Shown in pieces: positions 34,610-43,386 of a stretch of 49,373 nt of DNA. Location: positions 1-49,373 of the forward strand of contig JAYSSO010000010.1 of NCBI GenBank assembly GCA_043720495.1. Direction: 5' to 3'. This stretch comes from Candidatus Lloydbacteria bacterium (GTDB lineage Bacteria > Patescibacteriota > Minisyncoccia > Phycocordibacterales > UBA6899). Both the position numbers and the translations under genes were made by a program. Within the stretch, counting starts at the first letter, position 1; every line of letters begins with the position of its first letter. The notes below the pieces were generated by a model. The model did not search any database. It saw only the letters and a list, made by a program, of their open reading frames with translations, and was not told where the DNA came from.

Positions 34610-34634
34610 CCGCCCAGAGGGCGGTTTTGATTTT
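34610..34634 (+). terminator. Rho-independent terminator
   Basis: CCGCCC (34610-34615) pairs with GGGCGG (34619-34624), followed by TTTTGATTTT. Confidence 0.65.
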
Positions 34635-34643
34635 GAGTAACAA

Positions 34644-34671
34644 TTGTTTTTCATCCAAAAAGTGCTAGTAT
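34644..34671 (+). promoter_or_regulatory. Promoter of tRNA-Gln
   Basis: TTGTTT (34644-34649), 16-nt spacer, TAGTAT (34666-34671), about 30 nt upstream of the tRNA 5' end. Confidence 0.5.
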
Positions 34672-34702
34672 TTAAGCTTGGGGCCGAGTGGCTCTATTTT
34701 AT

Positions 34703-34773
34703 TGGGGGATCGTCTAACGGTAGGACAGCGGACTTTGAATCCGTCAATTTAGGTTCGATTCCTAGTCCCCCAG
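34703..34773 (+). tRNA. tRNA-Gln (anticodon UUG)
   Basis: Cloverleaf folded by hand. Acceptor TGGGGGA/TCCCCCA gives the U1:A72 pair typical of bacterial tRNA-Gln. D-stem GTCT/GGAC. Anticodon stem GCGGA/TCCGT with loop CTTTGAA. T-arm TTAGG-TTCGATT-CCTAG. Discriminator G. CCA is not encoded. Confidence 0.9.
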
Positions 34774-34780
34774 CAACCGT

Positions 34781-34808
34781 CAAAAATTCTCTGAATGGAG
34801 AATTTTTG
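34781..34808 (+). terminator. Terminator after tRNA-Gln
   Basis: CAAAAATTCTC (34781-34791) pairs with GAGAATTTTTG (34798-34808). Confidence 0.7.
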
Positions 34809-34823
34809 CTTATGGTTGCTCGA

Positions 34824-34839
34824 GGGACTAGGAATCGAA
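34824..34839 (-). repeat. Inverted copy of the tRNA-Gln T-loop/acceptor 3' segment (16/16)
   Basis: GGGACTAGGAATCGAA is the reverse complement of TTCGATTCCTAGTCCC at 34754-34769. Confidence 0.85.
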
Positions 34840-34944
34840 AGACGAAGGCGTGAAACCACCCGTCTTCGGGTGTTGCCGAGTCGGGGTCGCGAACACTTAG
34901 ATTTTTATGAGCGAAGCGAAATAAAAAGCTTAGTGATTTGTGAC

Positions 34945-34962
34945 CGATTCCTAATCCCCCAG
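34945..34962 (+). repeat. Direct partial copy of the tRNA-Gln 3' end (17/18)
   Basis: CGATTCCTAATCCCCCAG versus CGATTCCTAGTCCCCCAG in the tRNA (34756-34773). Confidence 0.85.
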
Positions 34963-35015
34963 TTCGGAGCGCAGCGTAGAGGTGTGGGGAAATGAGTGCA
35001 CAGTTACACTCATGC

Positions 35016-35027
35016 CTAGGAATCGAA
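35016..35027 (-). repeat. Second inverted partial copy of the tRNA T-loop segment (12/12)
   Basis: CTAGGAATCGAA is the reverse complement of TTCGATTCCTAG (34754-34765). Confidence 0.7.
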
Positions 35028-35100
35028 GGGCCTTGCGTTATTTACGAAGTGATATGCACTGAGTACATCGCAAAGGTATACTGTTCTCGTAGAGAAAGAT

Positions 35101-35116
35101 TTCCTAGTCCCCCAGC
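35101..35116 (+). repeat. Direct copy of the tRNA-Gln 3' end (16/16), att-like
   Basis: TTCCTAGTCCCCCAGC is identical to 34759-34774. Confidence 0.85.
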
Positions 35117-35210
35117 TATCAAGAATAGGTTCGGATGACCGAGAGGCCGTTCATGAAATCGTAAGTGACCGATTGGCATGACACGGCGCTTGTTTTTTAA
35201 TATGGCAAAT

Positions 35211-35245
35211 AAAAAAAGCCACATCCTTATGTGGCGACTTTTGTT
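35211..35245. terminator. Bidirectional rho-independent terminator
   Basis: GCCACAT (35218-35224) pairs with ATGTGGC (35229-35235). It is flanked by A7 upstream and GACTTTTGTTT downstream. Confidence 0.7.
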
Positions 35246-35472
35246 TACGGACTCATATACGAACGACAAAATCGTTCCACGGCAGAGTCCTTTTCCTTTT
35301 GGGTAAATGTCGGCCACTGACAATCTAGCGTGCATGATGGCGACTCATTGTCCCATCGTGACTTCCATGCCACAAATACTTGAAGCACTCGTGTCATTTC
35401 GATGTCCGTAACCAATTTTCCATATTTCAATTCCAGTATTGATTTTGCATGAATGAGGAACTCTAATTCCAT
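35245..35472 (-). CDS. Candidate 75-aa orphan protein in an AT-rich block
   Basis: A GGAG lies 6 nt upstream of the ATG, and the ORF ends right before the strong terminator. There is no recognisable motif. It overlaps other similar-length ORFs, so it may be a gene remnant. Confidence 0.3.
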   Translation of the reverse strand: MELEFLIHAKSILELKYGKLVTDIEMTRVLQVFVAWKSRWDNESPSCTLDCQWPTFTQKEKDSAVERFCRSYMSP

Positions 35473-35740
35473 TGATGACTCCAGTCAGCAGGTTCTGTTT
35501 CAAGGTTATCATTCTTTTACCAAAAAGCAATTTATCACCGAGCATCATATGGTTTTCAGCACTCACGCAGAATCTCAATTTATACCATCTTTTAATAACA
35601 CTTTTATAAAGAATTCGCTAATTTTGAGCGCCGATGAAGAGAAAATTTTAAGGCATATCGAGATATGTCGCAAAATTTTCTCGATATCGGAGCCAAAATT
35701 TGCGGATTATTATGAATAGGTTATTTAGAGATGGTATTAG

Positions 35741-36271
35741 TCAAAAAGAGACCCCGACCGAGCCCCAGCAGCACAAAAAAGGAAACGATGCTAGAATACC
35801 CTTACGGTGGTTGGCACGGTTTTTCCGTGACCGACCCATCCAGCAAACTTGTGCAAACTGTCTCAGTGTGAGAAGGAGGATAATTCCATTTGCATTAGCG
35901 CCCGATGCAGGCATGAATCGCGCGAGGAACATTTTGGGAGAGCCCAGGTAAGTAAGCAGACATGCCCCACCACTCATAGACCAGAATACATGCTTTGCTG
36001 TTTGGGGGCGTGAAACGAATCCACCCGGGTTGGTATGCCTGCCACCATCATGGCGAGTGTCGTCACGACAACCCCGACGTTGTTGTTCGTGAGTTTCCAT
36101 GTGACGAGTGCAATCGCGACTATGGGGACCGTCATGTTTTCCGCCATCTCCTACGAGCAGGGCGCCTTAACCCGTCATGAAGTTGTACAAGGCGATGGTC
36201 GTGATGACCGCAGTTCCAAGGGTGAGTGCTACCATGAGCGCGTATGGCTTTCCCGATTTTGCGAGAGACAT
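35741..36271 (-). pseudogene. Possible frameshifted remnant of a membrane-protein gene
   Basis: Three consecutive hydrophobic reading-frame pieces lie on the minus strand: MSLAKSGKPYALMVALTLGTAVITTIALYNFMTG*, then MAENMTVPIVAIALVTWKL..VVVTTLAMMVAGIP.., then ..GIILLLTLRQFAQVCW... They are in different frames. The region is visibly more GC-rich than its flanks. Confidence 0.35.
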
Positions 36272-36464
36272 GATTAGTACAAAGTCGATGGTAAACTACA
36301 GCATCCACGTTGCCAGATTGAGGAGGCGCTCGTTGTGTGCAATAGCCCCGTGAGGTAGATCATAATGAAGGTGGCCAAGTCTGGAGCATCAATACCAAAA
36401 TAAAAAAATTGCAGTTTTTGTACACACGTTTGTTCATCAGGAATACATATACTGCGTTCATTCC

Positions 36465-36493
36465 TTGCGCCATAAAAGAGGCTACACTATAAT
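36465..36493 (+). promoter_or_regulatory. Promoter of the response-regulator gene (leaderless geometry)
   Basis: TTGCGC (36465-36470), 17-nt spacer, TATAAT (36488-36493), then 6 nt to the ATG at 36500. Confidence 0.6.
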
Positions 36494-36499
36494 ATATTA

Positions 36500-36883
36500 A
36501 TGGATGCAACTCCGATTGGAAAAAAGATTCTTGTTGTTGAAGATGACAAAGGTTTGCGACGCGCACTTACTTTTATGCTTGAACAGGTGGGGCACAAACT
36601 GGTCCTGGCACAAGACGGCGAAGAGGCACTGCGCTTGGTTCTAGAAGAGACACCGAGCTTGATTCTACTTGATCTTATTATTCCGAAGATTAATGGTTTT
36701 GAAGTACTGCGCAGACTTAAGGAAAATCCCACAACGAGAGATATTCCTGTTGTTTGCTTTTCAAATCTTTCACAAGACAGTGACAGGGAGCAAGTGTTAC
36801 AAATGGGAGCCGTCGAATTCGTAATGAAATCTGAAATATCAGTTGATCAGGTGCTTGGTATCGTTAGTAAATATTTGACTTAG
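36500..36883 (+). CDS. Single-domain response regulator (CheY-like receiver)
   Basis: 127 aa. 'KKILVVEDDKGLR' carries the acidic pair, 'ILLDLIIPKINGFEVL' the phospho-Asp, and 'VVCFSNL...AVEFVMKS' the T/S and K positions. Confidence 0.9.
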   Translation: MDATPIGKKILVVEDDKGLRRALTFMLEQVGHKLVLAQDGEEALRLVLEETPSLILLDLIIPKINGFEVLRRLKENPTTRDIPVVCFSNLSQDSDREQVLQMGAVEFVMKSEISVDQVLGIVSKYLT

Positions 36884-37062
36884 TTCTTGCTAAAAACAAT
36901 CTTCTTTCTTATGTTCATTACATCTCCGACTGCAATCACAACTTTATCTCACAATTCCAAGTCGTACTGCCAGTATGCAATGGAACTGCGCTCAATCGTA
37001 ATGATTGCATTCGGAGCGTACTCTACATAATTTACGAAATTTATTTTTAACGAGCCCTAACC

Positions 37063-38787
37063 ATGGCAATAGGAACAGCTGAACTGAAGCAAATCTTTGT
37101 AACTCGCACGGGAATTCTTACTGAGGTTGAGTTTGCGGACATAGAAAAATCGGCGATCGGCGCCAACCGACCGCTTGAGCAGTTGCTCATGGAGCGTGGA
37201 TTTGTCTCTCAGCGCTATTATCTGGAACTGATCGGAGAACTCTACGGTAAGCCGATTTCAGAACTGAAAATGGGGGATATTGAACTCGATGCGCTTGCGC
37301 TCATCCCTGAACATTTTGCAACGACAAACCTCGTGATACCTTTTGCGAAGTCAAAGGACATCCTTAAGGTGGCGATGGTCGACCCAATGAATGAAGAGAT
37401 CATTCGCGCTATGAGACGTGTTGCTGGATGTGAGCTGGAAATCTTTGTTGCTACCGAGCATGCCATAAAAAAAGCGCTTATACTTTATCACGGAGGAATA
37501 CGTGGGATTTTGCATGACAGAATCGAAGGTATCACCAAGGAGGTTGCCGGAGAGCCAGCAGAGGTCCCATCCGCTGTGTCGCTCATTGACGCCATAATTG
37601 ATGCTGCGGTATTGACCGAAACATCAGATATTCACATTGAACCATTTGAACATCAGATTATCGTGCGATTCCGCATCGACGGGCAGTTGCGCACTATGAC
37701 CAGCATCCCAAAAACCTTCCATTTACCTATAGTCGCGCGCTTGAAAATCATGGCATCGCTTCGAGTTGATGACCGTAGACATCCCCAGGATGGTCGCATG
37801 ACAATCATGATAAAAGGTGAGCAAGTGGATATTCGTATTTCCATGGTGCCCTCGATGTGGGGTGAGAAGTCGGTGATGCGCGTTTTGCCAAAGGGGTCCT
37901 TACTTTTGGATTTACGTAGCCTAGGATTTCTTGATTATGACCTCAGTATTATTCAGCGCCACCTGAGGCGTACCTATGGCATGATTCTTGTTTGTGGCCC
38001 GACGGGTTCAGGAAAAACCTCGACGCTGTATTCTTTTTTGCAGGAAATTGGTCTTGAAAGGGTTGATTCGGTAAACATTAGTACCGTTGAGGATCCAATT
38101 GAATATACCGTTGAGCGTGTGACTCAAATTCAAGTGCAACCTGATATTAAGCTCACATTTGCTGAGGGTTTACGAGCGCTACTCCGCCAGGACCCAGATA
38201 TCATCATGGTCGGAGAAATTCGCGATATGGAAACAGCAGATATGGCCGTGCGCGCATCACTCGTCGGTCGATTGGTTGTGTCTTCGCTCCACACAAACGA
38301 CGCGCTTGGTACTATCCCGCGCTTGCTCGACATGGGCGTCGAACCTTACTTGGTGTCTTCTACACTCTCTCTTATCGTTGCACAGCGACTGGCGCGTAAA
38401 CTGTGTATGCATTGTCGCGAAAGCTACGCACCAGATGAGGAGACTATTGCGCGACTCCGCAAATATTATGATTATGACTACGCACTCGTTGTACTTTCGA
38501 AAATTGGAATTTTGGGTACCGACATCAACCCAATGCAGGGTGTACGTTTTTTCAAAGCGAAGGGTTGCGCACAATGTGACAATATTGGCTATCGTGGACG
38601 TATCGGCATATTTGAGATTCTCGAAGTGGGACTTGCGCTTCGCGATGAGTTGATGACTCATCGCGATAGCTCACGCATGCAGGAAATTATGCGCACTGAA
38701 GGAATGAAGACGCTTGCAATTGATGGGCTCGCAAAGGTCATCTTGGGGTTGTCCGACCTGGACGAGGTCATGCGCATCACCTCGTAG
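37063..38787 (+). CDS. pilB: Type IV pilus / type II secretion assembly ATPase (PilB/GspE family)
   Basis: 574 aa with an N-terminal T2SSE_N domain and Walker A 'GPTGSGKTSTLYS'. It also has 'GEIRDMETADMAVRASLVGRLVVSSLHTNDA' and a tetra-Cys motif 'CMHC...CAQC'. Confidence 0.92.
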   Translation: MAIGTAELKQIFVTRTGILTEVEFADIEKSAIGANRPLEQLLMERGFVSQRYYLELIGELYGKPISELKMGDIELDALALIPEHFATTNLVIPFAKSKDILKVAMVDPMNEEIIRAMRRVAGCELEIFVATEHAIKKALILYHGGIRGILHDRIEGITKEVAGEPAEVPSAVSLIDAIIDAAVLTETSDIHIEPFEHQIIVRFRIDGQLRTMTSIPKTFHLPIVARLKIMASLRVDDRRHPQDGRMTIMIKGEQVDIRISMVPSMWGEKSVMRVLPKGSLLLDLRSLGFLDYDLSIIQRHLRRTYGMILVCGPTGSGKTSTLYSFLQEIGLERVDSVNISTVEDPIEYTVERVTQIQVQPDIKLTFAEGLRALLRQDPDIIMVGEIRDMETADMAVRASLVGRLVVSSLHTNDALGTIPRLLDMGVEPYLVSSTLSLIVAQRLARKLCMHCRESYAPDEETIARLRKYYDYDYALVVLSKIGILGTDINPMQGVRFFKAKGCAQCDNIGYRGRIGIFEILEVGLALRDELMTHRDSSRMQEIMRTEGMKTLAIDGLAKVILGLSDLDEVMRITS

Positions 38788-38815
38788 GACTTTCTCGCAT
38801 AGTAAATTTAGCCGC

Positions 38816-39511
38816 TTATTTCTTCACCGTTGATGTTGCGGCGGTTGAGGTGGCGTGTACGATGCTGAGTTCGGGGATGAGTTCCTCTAGCTGCTCTCGT
38901 GTTTTATACCCGTAATATGGCTTTCGGTTTATCACCAGCACGGGGAGCTCTTTCTCAAGCTTAAATATTGACTTGAGCGTCTCAATCGCGGAAAGTCCTA
39001 GATTAAAGTCAAATGCATACACATGGAGTTTGTCGTAGTCCTCGCGCATAGAGGTAAGTACGTATCCCATTTTCTTGCAATCTTCACAGTCTCCCTCATT
39101 AGAATAAAAATAGAGAATAGAAAGAGGCTTTTCTTTGCACTGCTTTGTGCGTTCGCGAAGTAAAAGATAGTCCTTGGCTTGAAGCAGGGAATAATGCTTT
39201 TTGAGACTCGCCACCTCAGGGTCATCGACACCACGCTGGTCTTCCATGTAGGCCAGTCGCTTGGTGAGATTGTTGAGTTCGTTGATAAGGATCGGGTTAC
39301 CGCTTTCTTCTGTGTCACACGATGCGTCGGCGAGTAAGGCGTATTGAATTTCAGACTCAAGAATGTTGAGGTTGATGTTGTCTTCAATGTTGCTTATTTG
39401 CGCCAAGCGTCGCTGGTAGAGGTAATCTGAAAATAGGAAAATAACTGCGAATATTCCCAGTGTGATAAAAAAAACGACGATGTATTTTCTTGTGTCCAGT
39501 CCTTGTTGCAT
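38816..39511 (-). CDS. Membrane-anchored thioredoxin-fold protein (CxxC = CEDC)
   Basis: 231 aa with an N-terminal TM and a coiled region. Then 'ILYFYSNEGDCEDCKKMG...VYAFDF...ELPVLVINRKPYYGY' gives beta-CxxC-alpha plus a cis-Pro pattern. Confidence 0.65.
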   Translation of the reverse strand: MQQGLDTRKYIVVFFITLGIFAVIFLFSDYLYQRRLAQISNIEDNINLNILESEIQYALLADASCDTEESGNPILINELNNLTKRLAYMEDQRGVDDPEVASLKKHYSLLQAKDYLLLRERTKQCKEKPLSILYFYSNEGDCEDCKKMGYVLTSMREDYDKLHVYAFDFNLGLSAIETLKSIFKLEKELPVLVINRKPYYGYKTREQLEELIPELSIVHATSTAATSTVKK

Positions 39512-39523
39512 AATGGTTATAAA

Positions 39524-40771
39524 TTATCGCCAGCGCGCCTCTTTTGCACTGATGAGGTTGTAGAGTGAGCGTGCGAGCCAAAATGGCGCAATCAGTCCGT
39601 ATAATAGTAGAAAGTAGAGCAAATTTCTTGTAAACGTAAACCGTAGTAGCACCATTCGAGTACCCATGATAATGAAAAAAACAGTTGTAAAAAACAGTGC
39701 ATATACGACGAGGCGCTGGAATTCAAGGTTGAGTGAAAACCAGTCAAATTCTGGCCAGCCAAAGCTGGGGTGAAATCCAAGCGCACTGTACCTGATGTAT
39801 TCTTCGTATGCAAGATGTGCGAGATTTCTTATATACATCGCACAGAAAAAGAGCGCTATGAAAATAGAAAAGAAAGCAAATGGCATTGTGAGCATACCAA
39901 GATTTCCATATTTCTTATTAAAAAACATGTGGCGGTACTCAAAAAAGGCATTCTTGAGAAAGCCGGACACCCACCGCACGCGCTGTTTGTATAACGCAGA
40001 AGGAGAGCCTGGTGAGACGGTAAATACTAATGCATCATGGGCATTTTCAATGCGCATACGATGGGACTGCATGCGTAATGCCATTTCCATGTCCTCTGTG
40101 CTATAGCCATGTACAAAACCACCAATTTTTTGAAATATACTTCTGCGGTATATTGAAAACGGCCCTGGGGTTACATAAAGGCCATTGATACGACTAAAAA
40201 TCTTCCGAGTAAACGCCCCTATCATGTACTCCACCGATTGGATTTTTTGCAGTATATTCTTCGGATCGTGTATCTGTACAGATGGCGTTACTGCCATTGT
40301 CTCTAGGTCATCGAAATAGGGGATAATTTTCATTAGTGCGTGTTTGTCTACAAACGAGTCTGCATCGAGGCAACCAATAAGCTCTGTAGTTGCATGTGCA
40401 AGTCCCAAATTTAAAGCGGTAAATTTCCCACCGTTTTCCTTGGTAAAAATACGAACTTGCGGGTGGCCCTGATAGCGACGGGCTATCGCGAGCGTGTCAT
40501 CCGTAGATCCATCATCGATAATAAAAATGAAAAGGCGATCCTTGGGATAATCCAGCCCAAGAATAGACTCTACAGTGCCTAAAATCGTCTCTCCCTCATT
40601 CCAGGCAGGTACAATGATGGTCACTCCCGGGTGTTTTCCCGGTTTTCGTGCGCTCAACTTGAGAGTTTTGAATTTCGCCTTTTCCTCAAAATAGGTAATG
40701 AGAATAAAGACCTCGAAATACATGGTAAGGAAAAGAAGTATATAGATTGGTAGGGTAAGGTAGCTGTACAT
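39524..40771 (-). CDS. Processive family-2 glycosyltransferase (PgaC/IcaA/NodC/cellulose-synthase-like), integral membrane
   Basis: 415 aa with 'VTIIVPAWNEGE', 'IIDDGSTDDT', 'LDADS' and 'QRVRWVSG' (the QxxRW motif), plus flanking TM helices. Confidence 0.88.
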   Translation of the reverse strand: MYSYLTLPIYILLFLTMYFEVFILITYFEEKAKFKTLKLSARKPGKHPGVTIIVPAWNEGETILGTVESILGLDYPKDRLFIFIIDDGSTDDTLAIARRYQGHPQVRIFTKENGGKFTALNLGLAHATTELIGCLDADSFVDKHALMKIIPYFDDLETMAVTPSVQIHDPKNILQKIQSVEYMIGAFTRKIFSRINGLYVTPGPFSIYRRSIFQKIGGFVHGYSTEDMEMALRMQSHRMRIENAHDALVFTVSPGSPSALYKQRVRWVSGFLKNAFFEYRHMFFNKKYGNLGMLTMPFAFFSIFIALFFCAMYIRNLAHLAYEEYIRYSALGFHPSFGWPEFDWFSLNLEFQRLVVYALFFTTVFFIIMGTRMVLLRFTFTRNLLYFLLLYGLIAPFWLARSLYNLISAKEARWR

Positions 40772-41195
40772 ATTTAGTTCAAAAGCAGATGAGATGCTTG
40801 GATAATAGTCCCAAATAACCTATAAGTAAAGGCCTTTTTTGAGTTTTATACGGTTTTTGGGATATATGGAAAAAATGGGAAAAATAGACTTTCTTCAAAA
40901 TAACTATATTTAACAACGAATTAGGCAAATAATAAAATAAAAGTAACCTTCTGTCAAAACCCAGCGACCCTATTTGGGAATGTCTCTGGAACTTCGCATG
41001 TCAAAAAAGAGCAATTATATGTTGTAAAATAAAGATTGTATGCTATGTGGAGAGTTGGTATTGCTCTCAAACTATACCCAGGTACAATTCTCAAGTAACT
41101 AAATAAGTACAAAATTTGGTTGACAATATATAAAGATAAGATGTAATTTAACTACTGTAGCTATCTAAATTTCTTCACAAGCCACTCACCTGCCT

Positions 41196-41918
41196 ATGTC
41201 TATAAAAATACGCGATAAGACTGACGTAAAAAAACACGAACACGTACTTCAGCGTTTTTTAGCGAGTCTCGCCCTTACGTCAGTTTTTCTACTGACGCCA
41301 GCACTTGCTTCTGCTTCCACAACCTACCTTATCGTGAATGCCGATACCTTTTTGGACCGTATTCGTAGCGAGTATGGCCAAATGATTAACATTGCCTCCC
41401 TGCTTCACGACTATGACTCCAAAATGATTACTGCGGTTATAGTGGTTGAATCAGAGGGTAAGACCCTTGCACTCTCACACAAAGGAGCCAGAGGCCTCAT
41501 GCAATTAATGCCTGGTACAGCTAAGGCAATGGGTGCAACTGATGCTAAAGACCCTTTTCAGAATATCTTGGCTGGGACAAGGTACCTCAGGGAGCTTGAG
41601 GTGAACTATGGTTTTGACGACCGGGAAGCGCTCGTTGCATACAACATGGGCCCTTCTCGTGCGAAACGCTGGCTTTCTCAATATGACGCCAAGGAATATG
41701 GGTACGTTAAAAAAGTCATGTATGTGTATGACCTGCTCACCCAAAAAGAGCTTGCTGAAAAGAATCTTGCAATTGAGACAATCAAGCGACTTGAATCTCC
41801 AACACGACTTTCCTCAGGTGTCGCTTTTTCAAGTAGCTCAAAACACGTCTCTCTTGCGATGCAACCATTTTTAATTCCTTATGGACGCAAGAATATTATT
41901 GAGACGATTGATGAGTGA
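41196..41918 (+). CDS. Lytic transglycosylase (SLT/GH23 domain)
   Basis: 'VVESEGKTLALSHKGARGLMQLMPGTAKAMG...AGTRYLREL...ALVAYNMGPSRAKRW'. There is an N-terminal signal/anchor. Confidence 0.88.
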   Translation: MSIKIRDKTDVKKHEHVLQRFLASLALTSVFLLTPALASASTTYLIVNADTFLDRIRSEYGQMINIASLLHDYDSKMITAVIVVESEGKTLALSHKGARGLMQLMPGTAKAMGATDAKDPFQNILAGTRYLRELEVNYGFDDREALVAYNMGPSRAKRWLSQYDAKEYGYVKKVMYVYDLLTQKELAEKNLAIETIKRLESPTRLSSGVAFSSSSKHVSLAMQPFLIPYGRKNIIETIDE

Positions 41919-41998
41919 TGTTACACATGGACTCGCCCGTAAATAACGAGAATGTTATTTGTGGATGCACTAACCTACATGCACCTCTGGTCAATCAC

Positions 41999-42007
41999 TG
42001 GTAGAAT
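41999..42007 (+). promoter_or_regulatory. Extended -10 (TGgTAGAAT) 6 nt upstream of the ccdA ATG
   Basis: TG at 41999-42000, TAGAAT at 42002-42007, ATG at 42014. Confidence 0.5.
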
Positions 42008-42013
42008 TACGTA

Positions 42014-42760
42014 ATGCCAGATATCACTATTATTTCAGCATTCCTTGGGGGCATTCTTACTTTTTTTGCTCCCTGTACACTTCCGCTTATCCCGGCCTTT
42101 ATCGCCTTTATTGGAGGGCAGCCGACGGGCGAAAGCGGACCAATGCAAAACGCCCGTCGTCGCATTATCGCAAGCGCACTTTGCTTTATCCTGGGGTTTA
42201 CTGTTGTGTTTATTTTTTTTGGTCTTGCCTCTGGAGCGCTAGGGAGTTTTCTTGTGCTCAATAAAAAACTGATCTCCCAGATTGGAGGAGTGCTCATTAT
42301 ATTACTCGGACTCGGCATGTTGAGGATTATTCCTTTGCCAACCTTTCCAATTTTTTCCCGTAGTGCTGTTCCATCTACAATTCACAAAGGAACTCGGACT
42401 GGAGGGTTCCTTCTTGGACTACTTTTTGGACTAGGGTGGAGTCCTTGCCTCGGGCCTATTTTGGGAACTATTTTGATATTGGCCGGGTCGACGGGAAGTG
42501 CAATTAGTGGCGCGCTCCTGCTCCTTGTGTACGCGATGGGTCTTGGGCTACCATTCCTGCTCGTTGCAGTGCTCTATGGCGAGGCGCTAGGTTATGTCAC
42601 CACACTTTCGCGATATCTTCCGCTCATTTCTAAAATAGGAGCAGTGCTGGTGATTCTGATCGGTCTCCTCATGGTCGTGGGGCAATTCGGCAGTATTGCT
42701 ACATATGGCTTTGATATTTATCGCATTCCTCAATTTGATCATCTTCTTGATCTGATGTAG
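42014..42760 (+). CDS. ccdA: Cytochrome c biogenesis CcdA / DsbD-beta-type transmembrane thiol-disulfide electron transporter
   Basis: 'FFAPCTLPLIPAFIAF' and 'GWSPCLGPILGTIL' are the two conserved Cys-Pro motifs, set in six TM helices. Confidence 0.88.
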   Translation: MPDITIISAFLGGILTFFAPCTLPLIPAFIAFIGGQPTGESGPMQNARRRIIASALCFILGFTVVFIFFGLASGALGSFLVLNKKLISQIGGVLIILLGLGMLRIIPLPTFPIFSRSAVPSTIHKGTRTGGFLLGLLFGLGWSPCLGPILGTILILAGSTGSAISGALLLLVYAMGLGLPFLLVAVLYGEALGYVTTLSRYLPLISKIGAVLVILIGLLMVVGQFGSIATYGFDIYRIPQFDHLLDLM

Positions 42761-42829
42761 CGATAGTAGCCCTGCCAAATGGGCCCTCCCCCTAATGGTG
42801 TAATTTGGGGTTTTTAGTACAATGAATGC

Positions 42830-43339
42830 ATGGAAAAACCTAGCTCACTAATTACGCCACTCTTCATAATCATTTCCGCTGCCGTCGTATTTGTATTTGT
42901 TACTTGGCAAAGCGGGGGAGTGAGTGACAAATATTTAAGTAACACTGCTTCAACTGATGCATGGCTTCATGCTACTGCAAGTGGCAAGGCTGTTTCTCTG
43001 CCGGAAGACAAAATGGTGGTCACGGCAAAGCATGCATTTCGAAAATCAGTCCATATTATTGCCGGAGAACTGCCACTTCCCACTCGTTGCCACACCTTAC
43101 AAGCAAGAGCGACGATGGGTAAAGATGGTAAAGACGCTATACTTGCTCTTGTGTCTTCAATCCTTACGGGACAGCAATGTAAGGAGGAATTTTTTGGTGC
43201 TCGCTTTAAGGTTGAATTCATTGCTGATGAGAAAATAAAAATTCGCGCTACAGTAAATGGTAATCCTGTAGTGCTTAACCTTATCCCCGCAGGTGCGACT
43301 GAAGATCTCGATGCGTTTGACCTTTATATCAAGGGTTAG
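42830..43339 (+). CDS. Hypothetical membrane-anchored/exported protein
   Basis: 169 aa with an N-terminal TM. TACAAT (42818-42823) lies 6 nt upstream of the ATG. Confidence 0.6.
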   Translation: MEKPSSLITPLFIIISAAVVFVFVTWQSGGVSDKYLSNTASTDAWLHATASGKAVSLPEDKMVVTAKHAFRKSVHIIAGELPLPTRCHTLQARATMGKDGKDAILALVSSILTGQQCKEEFFGARFKVEFIADEKIKIRATVNGNPVVLNLIPAGATEDLDAFDLYIKG

Positions 43340-43386
43340 TAGAAGCCGCTTTACAATGCGCAATATTTTGGTTACCCTCTAGCGAT

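Noticed and set aside
35125-35200. tRNA-like fragment ('GATGACCGAGAGGCCG', reminiscent of a class II tRNA D-arm) and 'GGGGTCGCGAAC' at 34883-34894
   Set aside because: I could not fold either into a cloverleaf, as no matching acceptor, anticodon or T stems exist. At best they are degenerate fragments and are not annotated as genes.
36911-37030. 39-aa ORF between the response regulator and pilB
   Set aside because: There are no translation signals and no motif. This is probably an untranslated leader or promoter region of pilB.
38159-38661. 164-aa (+) and 134-aa (-) alternative-frame ORFs inside pilB
   Set aside because: They sit inside the highly conserved PilB ATPase core (Walker B / His box). 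Their composition is arbitrary.
40772-41195. 424-bp AT-rich intergenic region as a possible ncRNA or origin-like element
   Set aside because: I saw no DnaA-box clusters, stable hairpins or repeats. It is most simply a divergent promoter region, with a TTGACA at 41120 for the SLT gene.
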